Origin: Isurus oxyrinchus
Lineage: Eukaryota
Length of the DNA: 64,000 nucleotides
Reading direction: 5' to 3'
Assembly: GCA_026770705.1 (NCBI GenBank)
Contig: JANJGN010000026.1
Location: forward strand, 30,008,001-30,072,000
This document shows, one piece after another, positions 1 to 14,600 of this stretch. A model generated the notes under the pieces. The model was given only the letters and a program-made list of their open reading frames with translations. It ran no database searches and was not told the DNA's origin. Numbering within the stretch: the first letter of the stretch is position 1; the number at the start of each line of letters is the position of its first letter. A program made the translations under genes and the position numbers.

Positions 1-1778
1 CTACATTGGTGAAATCTGTTAGTTGTGTTTAAACTGTCCTGGATCTAACAATACGTTCTGTTGAAGTGAACCTTGTGAACTGGCCGCAGTCAAATGCTCC
101 TGAAAACTGACGGGTACAAGGACATGGGGCTGCTCAGTAATCCAGGCAGCCATGCAAAGGGCAGAAAAGGGCCAATAAACTCCTTCAGGAGCAGAGGACC
201 TCACACTATCTTGTCTGACTGTACATCACACAAACATGACCGATCGTACGTCGCTCAAAAGTGGTCGATTGTTTAATCGACCTTTGAGTAGCTCCAGATG
301 GGCTGCCGCTGATCCCTAATGTGCAATCAAAGACATAAACATCATCTGATTCATCGAAAACTAAAATAAAAACCTGAAAAAGCCTTTCTGCTTCATCCAC
401 AAGTTTTACACATTAAATATTGTCCAACTTCCTTCTGATTTTGAATGCGACTGGTGTGAAACAGTGCAGAACAGCGCATGACATAAGCATGTTTTGCCTC
501 AGAGCTACCACAAATACAAATTGCATTTTAAAGCACATTTAATACAATGAAAGGTCCCTTCAGCAGGTAGTGACAGTGATCTTCGTGAAACATGAATCGT
601 GAGAGGCAGATGTGGCCGATCACCCGAGTCATCGTCTGCAATGTGGGAACACGGATAGATTTTGGCATCATAATTACCAACACTCAGATTGTAGCAGTCT
701 CATTTTAAGAGACCACGATTCTTTAAATGGAAGGAGAAATATTATCTGAATGTATTTCAATCAGCATTTGTTTGGAAAAAAAAACATAAGTTCTTCTATC
801 AATAGGTTTAATTTTTCTCCAATTCCGTTTACTTTGATATATTTACATTTAGTTTAATTTTATTTCTCCATTTCCTTTGTGCAGTTTGTGCTTCTTGCAT
901 GGGAACGTAGCAATCGTGGGAACTTGCCCCAAAGTCTCTCAGTTGTCTGTTGGGTTCAGACTGCTCAGTTTCCGCAGTAGTTTTACTGTTAGTCACTGGG
1001 AACTGTGTCTTCCCCCTCGCTGACAATTTCATTTTTTTCCGCCCATTTACTGATTGACTGGTTGAAGTTTTCTCGAACTATAATTTAACATAATATCTGC
1101 CAGAATAGGAATAATCCATTCCGCTCAAATGATTTATGCCTGTGTATTTACTGCGGACCAGCCTCCATCCGTCCGAAATCTAATTGACCATTTCCAGTCA
1201 GCTCCCTGAGTCAGTCTGTTCCGTTCTCCCTCCTGTATTTTCAAGTCTTCCCATAAATGTATCAAACCTCACTGCCCCAACGATTCCCTGCGGCAGCAAG
1301 TTCCACATTCTGACCTGCCTGTTTTTACACTTCTTCTTCTTAATGTCATTATTTGTTCTGTTAGTGACTGTCTTATTCTAATGGCTCTAGGCTCACCCAC
1401 AAATAAGCAGCTATTCCACAAATACCCCAATGAACGAACTCGTTATTTAAACGATTTCCATGAATTCTCCTTTTCTTTCCCTGTTCCATCTCTCCACAAA
1501 AAGATGTAGATTGTTCCTGATTTCTTTTCTCAGAAATGTAACAGATCAAAGTGGTTAATGTAACAAACAGAAGCAGGAGCGGCCACATTCACCTTTCAAA
1601 CCTTTTCCGCCATTCAATAATATCCTGACTCATTTCCTAGCTCAACATCACTTTGCAGCAATGTCCCCATATTCCTTGATTCTTTTAGCATCCCGAAATC
1701 CATTGAACACTTCCTTTAAAATATCCAACTACTGAGGATCCACAGCTTTCTGAGGAAGAGAATAGCTTCACTGAAGAA
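1..1778. repeat. Duplicate of 49842-51618
   Basis: Near-identical sequence at offset ~49840. Confidence 0.95.
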
Positions 1779-1803
1779 CACGTCACGGTTTGGAGTCACT
1801 TAC

Positions 1804-2064
1804 CAGCTGTGACAGTCACCTCTGTCCCAGATCCGTCTACATAACCATCTTTCCAAACGGAACAACATGCATATTTATACTGAGCTTTGCAGTAATAGGT
1901 GGCCGTTAGAACCGAATCACAAAACGGGGTTAAGACTCCAGACAGTGTCCGTAATTGGGATGGACTCGGGCAGCTTTATCTTAATTCCACACAATATCGG
2001 TTTGTTTGATCGGTAGCCACGGGGTAAACAGGCACACAGAGTAAAAAACAAACTAAATTCCCAT
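1804..2064 (-). pseudogene. Deleted relic of the germline-joined VDJ (ATYYCKAQYKYACCSVWKDGYVDGSGTEVTVTA, 1804-1906) plus dead leader (2021-2064)
   Basis: Same 276-bp deletion and leader stop as 24419-24679. Confidence 0.88.
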
Positions 2065-2964
2065 CCTTCTGCTTCCCTGAGCTAATAGTTTGTATGACGA
2101 AGAGTAGGAGGTTGCAGCAATAAAAATAGAAAATGCTGGAAAATTTCAGCAATTCTGGCAGCGTCTGTGGCGAGAGTAACAGCGTTAACATTTCCAGTCG
2201 CTGTGCAGTGCTACTGTTGCTAGGCCAGCAACCCAGGGGCGCAGGGTAATATCCTGAGGTCCCGGTTTCGAGTTTAGCCAAGGCAGATGGTGGAGTTTGA
2301 ATTGAATAAAATTCTGGCATCAAACGTCTAATAGGATGACCATAGAACCATTCTCGATTGTTGTAAAAACCCATCAGGTTCACTAATAGTTTTTAGGGAA
2401 GAAATTCTGCCAATCTTACCTGGTCTGGCCTACATATGACTCCAAGCCCACAGTAATGTTGTCTCTGAAATGCCCGGATCGCCAATAAATACTGGCCTTG
2501 CCAGTAGCGCCCACATCCAAAGAATAAATAAAACGTGTTGCCAGAACTGCTGAGCTTTTTTTCCCCAGCATTTTCTGTTTTTATTTCAGGCTTCCAGTAT
2601 CCGCAGTGTTTTGCTTAGGTATAGGAGAGTGCAGCTCTGAACTGCTCAGGGAGACTAGAACTCGGAGCTGGACTGAAATATTTTAGACAGTACAACTGAT
2701 TTGCCGAAATTGATGATCATTGATGAGCCGCCCCATTCCCATCTCTCTGGTTGCGTATTTTCTGAACAAGTGACAGGTTTAAAAACTGAACCAGCAGGTT
2801 CATGTTGCTTCTTTCGGTCTGGAAGCCTGATCTGAAGTCCCCTCTCCCATTTGTCTGGTGTACCGTTGCTGGCGGGATGGGGCGAGGGAGGTGGAATTGT
2901 TTCTATTAGGAAAGTCTGCCTTCCTCATTCTCCCACAACAATGAGATTTCAGGTGCGTCCAGGT

Positions 2965-4350
2965 GCCCTCTCCAGTGCAATCACATCCTTCCTATAATGT
3001 GGTGATCACAACTGCACGCAGAACGCCACTTGTGGCCTAATCAGCGTTTTATATACTTTCAGCATAACCTCCCTGCTCTTGTATTCTATGCTTCGGCAAA
3101 TAAAGACATGCAACCGGTTTGCCTTGTGAACCACCTTATCGACCTGTCCCGCTACCTGAAGGCAATGTGGATATGCACACCAAGGCCCCTCTGATCTTCA
3201 TTAGTTTCCAGGACCCTGTCATTCATCATGTAGTCCCTTGTTTTATTAACCCTCCCCAAGTGCATTACCTCACACTTTGCCGGGTTGAATTCTATTTGCC
3301 ACTGCTCTGCCCACCTGACCAGCCCATTGATATCCTTGCGCAGTTTACAGCTATCCTCTTCACTATTTATTGCCCTTCCAATTTTCTTGTCATCCCCGAA
3401 ATTCTTGATCATACCCGCTATATTTAAGTCCAAATTATTTATGTACACTGCAAAGAGTAAGGGCACCAGCATCGAGCCCTACGGAAGCCCACTGGAAACA
3501 GACTTCCAGTCACAGAAAAATCCCTCTACTATCACCCTCTGCTTCCTGCCTCTCAGCCAATTTTGGATCCAACTTGCCACTTTGCCTTGAGCCCCATGGG
3601 CTCTTACTTTCTCGACCAGTTTGCCATGAGGGGCCTTAACAAAAGCCTTGCCAATGTCCATGTTGACCACATCAAATGCACTGCCGTCTTCAACACTCCT
3701 GGTTACCTCTTCAAAAAATTCGATCAAATTTTCCAAACGCGACCTTCCCTTGACAAATCCATGCCGACTATCCCTGATTAATCACTGTCTCACCAAGTGC
3801 AGATATATTCTATCCCTCAGAATTCTTCCTAGTAATTTCCCCACCACTGAGGCTAAACTGGCTGGCCTGTAGTTTCCTGGTTTAACCCTTCTTCCCTTTT
3901 ATAATAGTGGGATAACGTTCGCAGTCACCCAGTCCTCTGGCACTTCACCTGTCAGGGCCACTGATACCTCTTCCCTTGCCTCTGTCAACGGCCTGGGATA
4001 CATCTCACCCAGGCCTGCCGATGTATTCACTTCTAAGGCCGCTAAACCCGCTATTACCTCTTCTGTCTCTACGTTAATTACCTCTAATATTTCATTGTCC
4101 TCCAACCTCATCGTCCTTTTCCATTGTGAAGACCGACGCAAAGTATTCATTGGGGACTGTACCTAATGTCCTCCGGTCCATGCACATATTACCTAGTTAT
4201 TCTCTTGCTCTTCATACCTCCGTATTTTCTCTTTCCCTTCGGGTTTTCCTTTACTCTACCCACCAATGCTTTCTAGTGCACCCTCCCAGCTTTCCTAAGT
4301 TCCTTTTTAAGTACCCCCCTGCACTTTTTATACTTCTAAAATTTTATGCC
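2965..4350 (-). mobile_element. CR1-type LINE ORF2 (RT) fragment; copy at ~25585-26960
   Basis: NLIEFFEEVT, WIQNWLRGRKQRV, PLLFAVYINNLD...FGDD motifs with frameshifts. Confidence 0.85.
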
Positions 4351-4936
4351 ACCTGGCCCTACAACAGGATCGCTTGCATTGGAAACCCTTTGTGTTGTGC
4401 TCCTGATTCCTTGTCTCTGCACTATGGAAAGGGCCGCTGCAGATGTCCAACTGGTGGTCGGCAGCACTTGGTTCATCTCCTGATAAATCGTTTCACATTG
4501 ACCGTCTCAGGTAGAAAAATTGCGTCCAGGATAGAATTCTGTGTTCTTGATACTTTGGACACAGGGACAGTCAGAGTTGACACTGAAAGCGGAACTTAGA
4601 GTGGCGCCAACCTGTCCTCATTTATCAGGAGAGAGATAGAGAGAGAATCCAAGCTGCTCAAGGGAATACCTCTACTGATATCCCCATTAAACAATGGTCT
4701 GGGTGGTGGCAACCTATTCCCACCCTCCAATCACCTGTTCCCTGAGGATGTCGCACATTCTTCTGCCAGGTTCATGGTTGGGCCGGAACACAGCATTATA
4801 TTCTGTGCCAGAATGTAAAGCCATAATGGGAAATATCCATTTTAGTGAGATTGAGGTAATACTGCGCACAATAATAAACAGACCATGAACATTAACCGGG
4901 ACGATTTATATCAAAGCAGGGTTTAGAGCGTCTTAC

Positions 4937-5028
4937 CGTCTGCGACAGTCACCACCGTTCCGGATCCATCGACATATTTATAAACCAACCACAGTGATGC
5001 AGCTTTCAATCATCCTGATACAAGAATT
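4937..5028 (-). other. NTCRJ: NAR-TCR J (4937-4989) with 23-RSS, cassette A
   Basis: Same as 27547-27638. Confidence 0.88.
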
Positions 5029-5369
5029 ACCGGCTCTTCAATTTACCGCGGACGCATCACCTGATAGTCACCCTATTTTTCATTATTCCAGGGGGTTAGA
5101 TCAATAACCAATATTTAGTGTTTCACAGCCTCCGTCGGTTCGAACTGTTCTTTGTGAGACTCCAAGCTCTTCGCAATTGGCCCAGGAACACGTAGAAACT
5201 TCATAGAAACTGAGGAAAATGTCAAAGAAACATAACAAAAATAGAACATTAGAATGTAATGAAACTAAACTAAAGCGATGATAACATCAATCCAACAATT
5301 TAACATCCGGGTCCGCAGCATATATATTTTAATTGTACAGATGTAAATGGTCGGGTCTCATTCATTGTG

Positions 5370-5658
5370 AAATTCTTGTACGTGTATTTGGCTTTACAGT
5401 AATAGGTGGCGGTATCTTCAACTTTCACATCCCTAATTTCAAGCGAAAATGTATTTTTTGCCCTGTTCGTCCACACAACAAATCTCCCTCCGCCGGGGAT
5501 CCGCTCCCACTTTGTCCCACTCTGTGTTTGTCTGAAGAATTGTCCAGCTTGGAAATAATTCCACGAAGCACCAGAGAAAACACAGGTGATGGTGAGAGAC
5601 TGACACTCCTTCCTGGTCACAGCTGCCGGGATCTGTGTCACTGACTGACCGAAAGAGC
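5370..5658 (-). CDS. NTCRV: NAR-TCR V apparently germline-joined to D (cassette A), followed by a 12-RSS (5342-5369)
   Basis: Same as 27980-28268. Confidence 0.88.
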
Positions 5659-5807
5659 CTGGAAATTAAAGAGAGAGAGATTTAATGGGCATTGAGAGCC
5701 AACCCATCCAATGGGGTTAAATCCTCAAATAGTGCTTGTTGTTGGAATGGACTTGGACAGTTTTATGTTTAATCCACACAATGTCGGATTGATTGATCTG
5801 TACTCAC

Positions 5808-5850
5808 TGGGTAAACAGACGCAAAGGATGCAAACAAGCAGAATCCCCAT
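5808..5850 (-). CDS. NTCRV: Leader exon of NAR-TCR V(D) cassette A
   Basis: Same as 28418-28460. Confidence 0.88.
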
Positions 5851-6269
5851 CGTTCTGTTGCCTGCAGCAGATGACTAATCTTTCGGGGAGCTGGGAACTG
5901 CAGTCCTAAACTGTTCTGTAAGAGCGGACCTCAGAGCTTGACTGAAATACTTCAGGAGAACCGAGCTGACTTTCCGAAGTCAGAGATCATTGATGGACTG
6001 CGCGGGCCCCGGGTCTCTGGCTGTGTTTTTTGTGAATAAACGATAGGAGTAAAGAGAGAGCCTAGAGCTTTCTGTCGCTTTATATGTCTGAGGAGGAGAT
6101 GTGAAATCTCCTCCCACATTCGTCTGATGTACAGGGGTGGCGGAGGGGAGTTGTTCTGCCAGTACAGCATGCCACCCTCCTTTCTCTAAAAGCGCCGAGA
6201 ACATCTCTGCTCTCCGCTCTAATTCCAATAGTGCCAGGGATTTATTGACATTAAAAAAAGACTTTCACA

Positions 6270-6920
6270 GGATGTGGGCGACTCTTACTAAGCCAGCGTA
6301 CATTGGCTAACCCTAACTGCCCTTGTCAAGGTGGTGGTGAGCTGCCTTCTTGAACAGCTGCAATCCATATCGTGTAGGTGCACCCACATTGCTGTGAGGG
6401 ATGGAGTGCCAGGGTTTTGACTCAGCGAAGGTGAAGGTACAGTGATATATTTCCAAGTCAGGATGGTGTGTGGCATGAAGGGGACCTTGCATCTGGTTGT
6501 GTTTTCATGCATCAGCGCCTTTATCCTTTGAGGTGGTATAGGTCGCAGGTTTGGAAGGTGCTGACGAAGGAGCCAAGTTGAATTCTTGCAGTGCACCCTT
6601 GTGGCTGGTAAACACTGTTGCCATTGTAAATTGCGATGGAGGGAATGAATGTTTGTGGAAGGAGGGCCAATCAATCAGGTGATTTGCCCTGGGTGGCGTT
6701 GAGCTTCTTCAGTTTTGCACGAACTACACTCATCCAGACAAGTGGGGAGTCTTCCATCACACTTCTTACTTGTGCCTTGTAGATGGTGGACAGGCTTTGG
6801 AGAGTCAGGAGGTGTGTAACTCCTCTCAGAATTCCCAAACTCTGACTTGCTCATGAGCCACAGTATTTATATGGTTAGTCCCGTTCCGTTTCTGGTCAAT
6901 GGCAAGCCCCAGCATGTTGA
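6270..6920 (-). mobile_element. 3' end of a CR1/L2-clade LINE; copy at ~28880-29530
   Basis: Reverse-complement similarity to the 3' part of the element at 15905-17665. Confidence 0.7.
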
Positions 6921-7989
6921 GAGCGATGGCTACATCTGCAGAACGTGTTGGCGTGACCTGGACTAAAATTCTGATCCGAAGGACGGCGCCTCAGGCATGG
7001 CAACGTCTCTCGAACGTGCAACTGAGCATCAGGTTACAATATATGGCATCCAATGACAATGTCACAAGGATTTAGTCTCTATCACTCGTTTAAATAAATG
7101 TTTCCTGCACCTCTGTGATTAGTTTTTAAAATAATGACTGAATTCATTAATGATTTATTTCCACATCTGCCATCTATTGGGTTTTTTTTTATCCTTGCAT
7201 TGACAGCGAATGAAGCGGCACGTTGATGGGCAACAGACGTTAGGGGAACACTGAGCGTGTGGTTCGTTTAAGAAATCACAATGAGACATGGTCTGTTGAT
7301 GAAATGAAATCTGCACATTGTGTATAAACTGTCTCTGACGCAGCAACACACTCTGACCAAAACCCTGTGAACAGGCTGCGGTCAAAAGCTCTAGAAAACT
7401 GACAAAGGTGATGTGGAAGAGCTGTACAACGTTATAAGAAAGCATGGAAAGGGTTGTAATGGATCCCGTTCATAAATGCATTTGATTAAAAAAACCTTCA
7501 ATTGATCGTCAGGACTGGTGATGATGAAATTTAATCGATTGTCATAAAAACACATCTGAGTCACCAATATTCTTCAAGGAAAGAATAAGGAAACCTGCCA
7601 TCCTTACCTTTGTCTGAGTCATATGTAACACCAGGACAGCAGCAATATGGTTGCCTCCTAACTACTCTCAAGGGCTTTTAGGAATGTGCAGCAAATATTA
7701 ACCTTGCCATAGAGGCCAACATCCAAGGAAAATTAAAAAAAAACAAAGCCCACTGCTCACAGTAGTGGTTCATTTGCCACAGTCCTAATGAGCACCAAAT
7801 TAATAACAAGTTGGCAATTATTTCATTTCTACGTAAAACAACTGCCTATCTCATATTATAAATAACCCCTTCCCTGCCTCCCAATTTACAGCTCAACATG
7901 AAAATTACCAGAGAAGTAATCACTTTTTAGGAACCCTCAGCTGAGAAGCTAATCACTTGTTATTAGTGATAGAACTTGCAACGAAATTT

Positions 7990-9010
7990 GGGCCTCTACT
8001 CCTGTTTTACCAGGCCCTGATGATTATTCTACTCATCCTGTCTTCACAATTATTATATTAGGCTACCTGTCTGTTATTGTTTCACCAGTCCATGAATATT
8101 ATTGCACAAGTCCTGTATCATCAATTAATACACGAGGCTCTGTATCTGTCACTGTTTCATTAAACCATAATTATTGTAATACTTACCCATGAATCCTTGA
8201 TTATTACACTAGGCTGTTGCTCCTGTTAATATTTAACCAGGTTCTGATTATTGATGTTATGGTCCTTGTCTCCTTGATTGATACACTAGGCCCTTGCCTC
8301 TCTTAGTATTTTATCAAATCCTTAACATTATTAATATTAATATACTGAATATTAACATACTGAATAATGTTATTATTACTCTTTCTCCTTGATTTATATA
8401 AAGCGCTAGGCCTCTGTTCATATTTTACAAGGTGTTTATTTTTTTAATGATCCCTTCCTCCTTGATTTATATAGGAGGTTCTATCTCTGTTAGTATTTCA
8501 CCAGGCCCTAATTATTACCTCATTTGCTCCTGTATCCTGAATTAGCTTCTCTCTGTATTAGTATTGCACCAGGCCCTTATTATTATTGAATTGGTCTCTG
8601 GTTCCTTGGTTTTTACACCCAGGTTCTGCCCCTGACCCTTATCAGTGTTTCACTAGGTCCTGAATATTATTTACCAGTCCTGACTCCTGGATTAAAGCGC
8701 ATGATCTCCATTCAAGTTATTAGTACTCTAGATCCTATGTCGGAGTCTATTACAATTCATCCTCGCTCAGGCATTGCTGCACTATGTGCTGCCTCTGTTT
8801 ATATTACACTCTGCCCTTTCTCAGTCGGCATTGCACGAGCCCATCATGTTTTGTTTCCATTACACTAGACGTTGTATCAGTTGGAGCTGCAGTGAGACCA
8901 TGTCTCTGTTTATATTACATTAGATCCTGTCTTTGTTCTAATTCAGCTAGACGATTTCTCTATATTACACCAAACACTGGCTGGATTATTATCGTACTGA
9001 ACATTACCTT
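7990..9010. repeat. Degenerate AT-rich minisatellite (TATTACACTAGGCCCT-like units); copy at ~30600-31620, related inverted tract at ~54970-55500
   Basis: Recurring ttattacactagg / tttcaccaggccc motifs. Confidence 0.55.
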
Positions 9011-9016
9011 GACACT

Positions 9017-11015
9017 GGGCGGAATAACACGAGCACTCGCTGATGGGGTGGCGGGGGCGTGGGGGTGCGGGGGGGGTGGGGGGGGCGGTGGTGTTGGGGT
9101 TCCGAACCCTCAAGTAGGTGGCATTCCGACTTCTGGGGCCGCCGTCGGCGGGTACCCGATGATACGCTAATTGTGCGACTTAGCAGCAAAGGCGCTTTAC
9201 AGGCCATGATGCTTGGCCTAAATAGCCAAGTGGTTATGGTACTGGGTTTGTAACCCCCAGATCAAGAGTTCAAATCTCACGATGGTGAAACAATGTAACT
9301 TCATCTGAAACAGGTGGAAACGGGTTTGTGCTCAAAAGAGTTACAGGCCATGATCCTGCCCAAAGAGTGGTATCCAGTCTCGGAAGCAGCAGGCACCTGG
9401 AACCGTTAGGTCAGCATTTTAAAGGTGTCAGATAACCGATCAGATGGCCAGGTTTCTCTCTCATAGTGAAGATTTATGCATCTTCCGGTCAGATAAGTCA
9501 ATTTAAATTTAGCTAAAATAAAAGGAAAGTTCTGCACATGCTGGAAATATGGAATAAAAACCGAGAATTCTGGAAAAACGCAGCAGGTCTGGCAGCATGT
9601 GTGGAGACAGAAACAGAGTTAACATTTCGAGTCTGTATGACACTTCTTCAGAGCTGAAGAGAGGTAGAAATGTGATGGGGCTTATACAGTTGAAGAGAGA
9701 AGTTGAATCAGGTGGAGAAAAATAGAAACTCAGAGACAGGTGAGGCTCAGGAGACGTTTGACAAACTTGTCATGGATCCCCTGTCTTCAATCATATAAAA
9801 CCCATTACATTTCTAGCTCTCTTCAACTCTAAAGAAGAGTCATACGAACTTGAAACGTTTACTTTCTCTCTCCACAAGGACTGCTGAGTATTTTTCAGCA
9901 TTTTCTGTTTTTATTTTAAACTTTACCTAATCTCTGCTAGTTATGTCAAACTTCATAAATGGAGGAAGTTTTAAAATTCTGCAAGTCTCCCACCTTTTGG
10001 CTTGAGGAGTTGTACGTGTATTACATGCTGCCATGCATTGATGTCTGCACCATCGGAGTGAGCAGATGGGCGTTCTGAAAGGGGCAAAGCTGCCTCCAGA
10101 TTGAATGATTCCATCCTTGCTGCTCTCCTGCGTGCAGCACACGATTGACTGTACCAGCTCATGCCGAGAACTGGGATGAGGAGAAAGTCCAGGAAGACTC
10201 GCGCTGCGTGGGAAGAGATAACCAACATGGCAATAGTGTTGAGGCCGTGAAGAAGACTTGGCCCCAGTGCCACATAACGCTCAATGGCCTCACGAGGTCC
10301 ATTGCAGCAACGAGGTCTCTGCCTGTCTACCTTGGGCTGGCATTAGTTTGTCTGCGCCTCTGCTGAGGGTTTCTGCGTTCCTCCTGGTTCTCTGGATCTG
10401 GCACTGCTCTGCCCCCTTCCTGAAGAACAAAAGCATCATGTGCCTCCCTGTATTCCCTTCTTCATCTCATCCTTCCCCTCCTCCAAATCCTCCTTTTCTC
10501 CTCACTGGAGGTTATGTCCCCAACGATCCCCATTTGCCTCAGATGCTTTTGACCCCTCACCCTTGGGCAATGTACAAGGAAATAATCCATCAAAAGAGCC
10601 CTCTGAATCGGAGGAGAGTTCTCCTCAAGAAAATGTCCAAAACGCTCCTCTGTCTGTTCAAATGAGCTGTCCCTCAAGCCAGTAGAGTTTGAATTTTGGC
10701 CTCAGCTGCAGTTTTAAAACCTGCCTTAACAAACTTTCCCTTAAAAAACGGATGCCTGACCTATCGTAAATGTCGCCTTGAAGTCGTATTATTGCCTTCT
10801 GGCCGTATAAAAGCAGTGAACTGATTAGTTAATTAGCCGAATTAACTTTTAAATTGATATAATAATAGCGCAGGCGGTTGCCAACTTTTTTGACAAGACC
10901 ACGGGATGTGTCATCAGAACCTGGCGTGGTGACATCGTAAACGTCGCCCGAAGTCATCAGGCCCCAGAATTGGTCCCGAGAAACGCTCCCGATCTGGGAG
11001 AGTAAAATGCAGCTC
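9017..11015 (+). mobile_element. Degenerate PIF/Harbinger-like element with a Myb/SANT-like relic, interrupted by other repeats; copy at ~31627-33626
   Basis: ERGKAASRLNDSILAALL...AAWEEITN/NSVEAVKKTWPQC...NGL resembles the Harbinger-associated Myb-like domain; imperfect terminal inverted repeats GGGCGGAATAACAC / GTAAAATGCAGCTC. Confidence 0.45.
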
Positions 11016-11687
11016 ACCATCCCTGTCACTTCTGCACTTAGCGCTTTTTCTCCGAGTCATGGCCATTTACCACCTGGTGTGACTACGTGTTGCTTACATT
11101 ACACGAGGCCCGCCTCAGTAATCACTGCACGACGAACACACATAAGAACATGGGATTTAGGAGCAGGAGTAGGCTAATCTGCTCCTCGTGCCTGCTTCGC
11201 CATTCAATTAGATCATGGCTGATCTGAATATAACCTCAGCTCCACGTTCCTGCCTACACATATATCCCTTCACCCCACCCCGACCCGCCGTCCCTCCGTT
11301 AATCAAGAATCTATTTAGCTCTTCCTTAAAAATATTCAAAGACTCTGCTTCCACCGCGTTTTCAGGGAGAGAATTCCAATAATGTTATGTACATTAGTTG
11401 CTTCATGACAATAATGTAAACAGCGACATAAAAAGAGACTCACACAGAAACATCTAAGGCAGAGCCGAGTGTAATATAAACTCACACATGGTCCAGTGGA
11501 ATAACTGACGCCTAGTCAAAAATAAATAAAGATATTTAGCATCCTGAGCGGTATTGACAGGATGGATATGAAGAGGACAATTCCTCCAATGGAAGAATTT
11601 AGAACTAGGGACCACTGTTTAAAAATAAAGGGTCACTCATTAAGACAGAGATAAGGAGCTTTTTTTCTCTCTCACCTCTGTCTTAAA

Positions 11688-14600
11688 TGTTGATGCAATG
11701 AGAATTAACATTCAATGGGAGTGGTAAGTATAACAAGACAACAGTTTTGGGTATGCAGAGCAGAAGCAACGTGAAATCAAAGGCAGCTGCAAGTCTCCAA
11801 CTGGCTCTACAGGAAACAAATGAAAAGAATGTCATTTTGAATTCTTAAGATGAAAATGCTTCGCCTGGTGTCTGGTTAAGTCTATAGGTTTCTGTTGCCT
11901 TAATGGAGATTAGTTTGGGAATTTGTTCAAAGTTAGGATAGTAGTAATTTGTAGCCATATATATCTTTAACCTGTGTAAATTAGTAAAATTTTCATTTAG
12001 CCTAACGTAAAACCTTGAGAACTGATGGTCTTATTCCTAAATTTAGAGTTGCAGCTCAAAGGTAACACTTAGAATTATAGGTATTACAGTTGTTTAAAGT
12101 TTCCCTCTGGGGTTTTTAAATGATTCCAATTTACCAACTGCATCGGTCATAACAATTCGGGGGCTCTGCTGGGAGAAATTATATTTATAATTCCTCGATT
12201 GGTTAGCAATTGGTGAATCTTAGGCCTACAATTAAGAGAGGCATTTTGAATTTAAGAGTTGGTGAGGCATTTTAGAGGTGGTGAAACGGCACGATGGCTT
12301 TGACTTGTCGGGGAGAAAAAGAGGTAACTCTGATTGGGTTGCAGAGAACCAAAAGTAAGTTAACAGAGTGGGCAGATAAGTTAAAATTGGATTTACCTGC
12401 GGCGGCAAGGAAATCAAATACAGTTAAATGTATAGCACAGCATCTACATTTGGGAGTGAAACCTGACACTAGTGAGTCGCAATTGGAGGTAGCAAGACTT
12501 CAGTTGCAAATGAAGAAGCTTGAATTTGAACAAGCAAAAGAACTGAAAACCTTGAATTTGAATAAGCAAGGGAATTTGAAATTATGAAGATGAGGAAGGA
12601 GGAAAGAGAAAGAGAGAGAGAAAGCGAATTCGAACTGAAAATGGTGGCAGTTAGAAAGGAGATGTCAGTAGGAAGAAATAATTTATCTCCAGAGTAGAAC
12701 CCAGTTAGGATATATTTAGATTTGTACAACATCTTTCAAAGTTTGAGGAAAAATATATTGAACCATTTTTATTTCATTTGAGAAGATAGTTAAACAGATG
12801 AAATGGCCACAGAAAAACTGGACTTTATTTTTACTGTATAAGTTGTTAGGTAGGAGGCTTGAAGTATATGGTTCTCTTTCAGAAGAATTGTTGGTGAATT
12901 ATGATGTGGTAAAAAAAGCTATTTTGAATGCATAAGAAATGGTCCCTGAAACATACAGGGCATAAAATTAGGAATATGAGAAAACAGCATGGGCAAACAT
13001 ATTGAGTTTGAAAGAGTAAAACAACGTAAATTTGACCAGTGGATAAAGGCATCAAAGGTAAAGGCAACCTATGCAGCTTTTAGGGAAGTCAATACTTTGG
13101 AAGAATTTGAAGATTCAATCCCTTTGATAGTGAGAGCTCATGTGGGGGAACAGAGGGTTGATTCTGTAGGGCAAGAGGCAGAAATAGCTGATGATTATGA
13201 GTTAGTTCATGGAGCTAAACCGTTTAGTCCATCAAGCTTTCAAATTGGAAAAGGTTAAAAAGTGAGCAGGTGAAAGGAAGGGAGGTAGTCAGGAAAGAGG
13301 AGTAGCTGGAAGCTGCCTGGAAGTTTTTTTCTCACAACAAAGAGGAAGGTAGAAGTGACATTCGAAAATTGAAGCGTTTTCATTTAATAAAGTGGGGCAT
13401 ACGAAGTTAATGTGTTGGAGACAGCAGGAAAAATCTGTAGAAATTATTGGAGTGCATAAAGATCTGGAAGTAAAATTATTGGGGGTTCTGAGGTTCAAGC
13501 ACAGAAGAAACCAATAGTTTGTGTACAGGTGAAACAGGCAGAATCAGTGAAATATAAGAAGTGGGGTTTTGTTCACAGTTCACTTAAGGGAATTCTGAGG
13601 AGCAGGCTGTAGAAATGTTTAAAGACTGTGCGTGAATGGAAAGTCTTTCCATGTGTACAAGGTGTAGTACGTATCGATGTTAAAATTTTAAGACACGCAG
13701 GGGCTAGTCCACCATTAATGTTGTGGGATCGTGATATTTCTTGTTCAGAAGGAGCGTTACAGGAGAAGATAATAAATAAGAGGGATTCATGGAGAGGTTA
13801 AATCTATTCCGTTGTGGAAGGTAAGTGTAAAGAGCAGGTGGAAGCCATGTGACATTATAGTTGCAGTGGTGGAAAATTGCCCATTGCAGGGTTTCAATTT
13901 ATTTTGGATAATAATATAGCTGAATGGCAAACGTGGGTGATGCCTGTGGTAGTTCAGCAGCCTATAGAAGTGTTTTAAACAGAAGTGCTGCAAAAGCAAC
14001 AGCCTAAATTATTTCCTGATTGTATTATAATGAGATCACATGCCTACAGGGAAGAACAAAATAAACAAGATAAGCAGGTATCCAAAGGCAAGAAAAAGGT
14101 GTCGAAATCCAATTATCTGGCACTGTATTTGAGAATATTCTTCAGGAAGAAGGAATGCAGGACAGTTCAGTTGAAGTGTTAACTCAAGAAGATTAGTGGA
14201 GTTACAGAAAAATGATTTTTAATTAAAACAGTTATATCAGAAAACTTATTCAGAAACCGAAGCAAAATGTTGAGGGAATACATTAGCGAGAAAATGGCGG
14301 TCGGATCATGTCTGAGCAAATTAAGCTGGAGGTAGGTGAATCAGATTGTTATCGTATTAGGTATAGGAATGAGAGTCTGAGGATTGCACATGAAATGCCA
14401 ATGGGCAGAGGGAGGGGGTGGGGGGTCTGGGTGGAGATGCTGCCATTTAGCAATTAGGAAAGCACAGGAAAAGATGCAGTGGTTATTTTCTGCCAGGGTT
14501 GTATTCAGCTTCTATAGAGCTTGTCATATATGTCAAGTAATAAGGAAGCCAGAAGCAGTGATTAAGCCGGCGCCTTTAATCCCAATACCAGCATTTGAAG

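Noticed and set aside
9190-9345. tRNA-like sequence
   Set aside because: Looks like a SINE-type head; no complete cloverleaf seen
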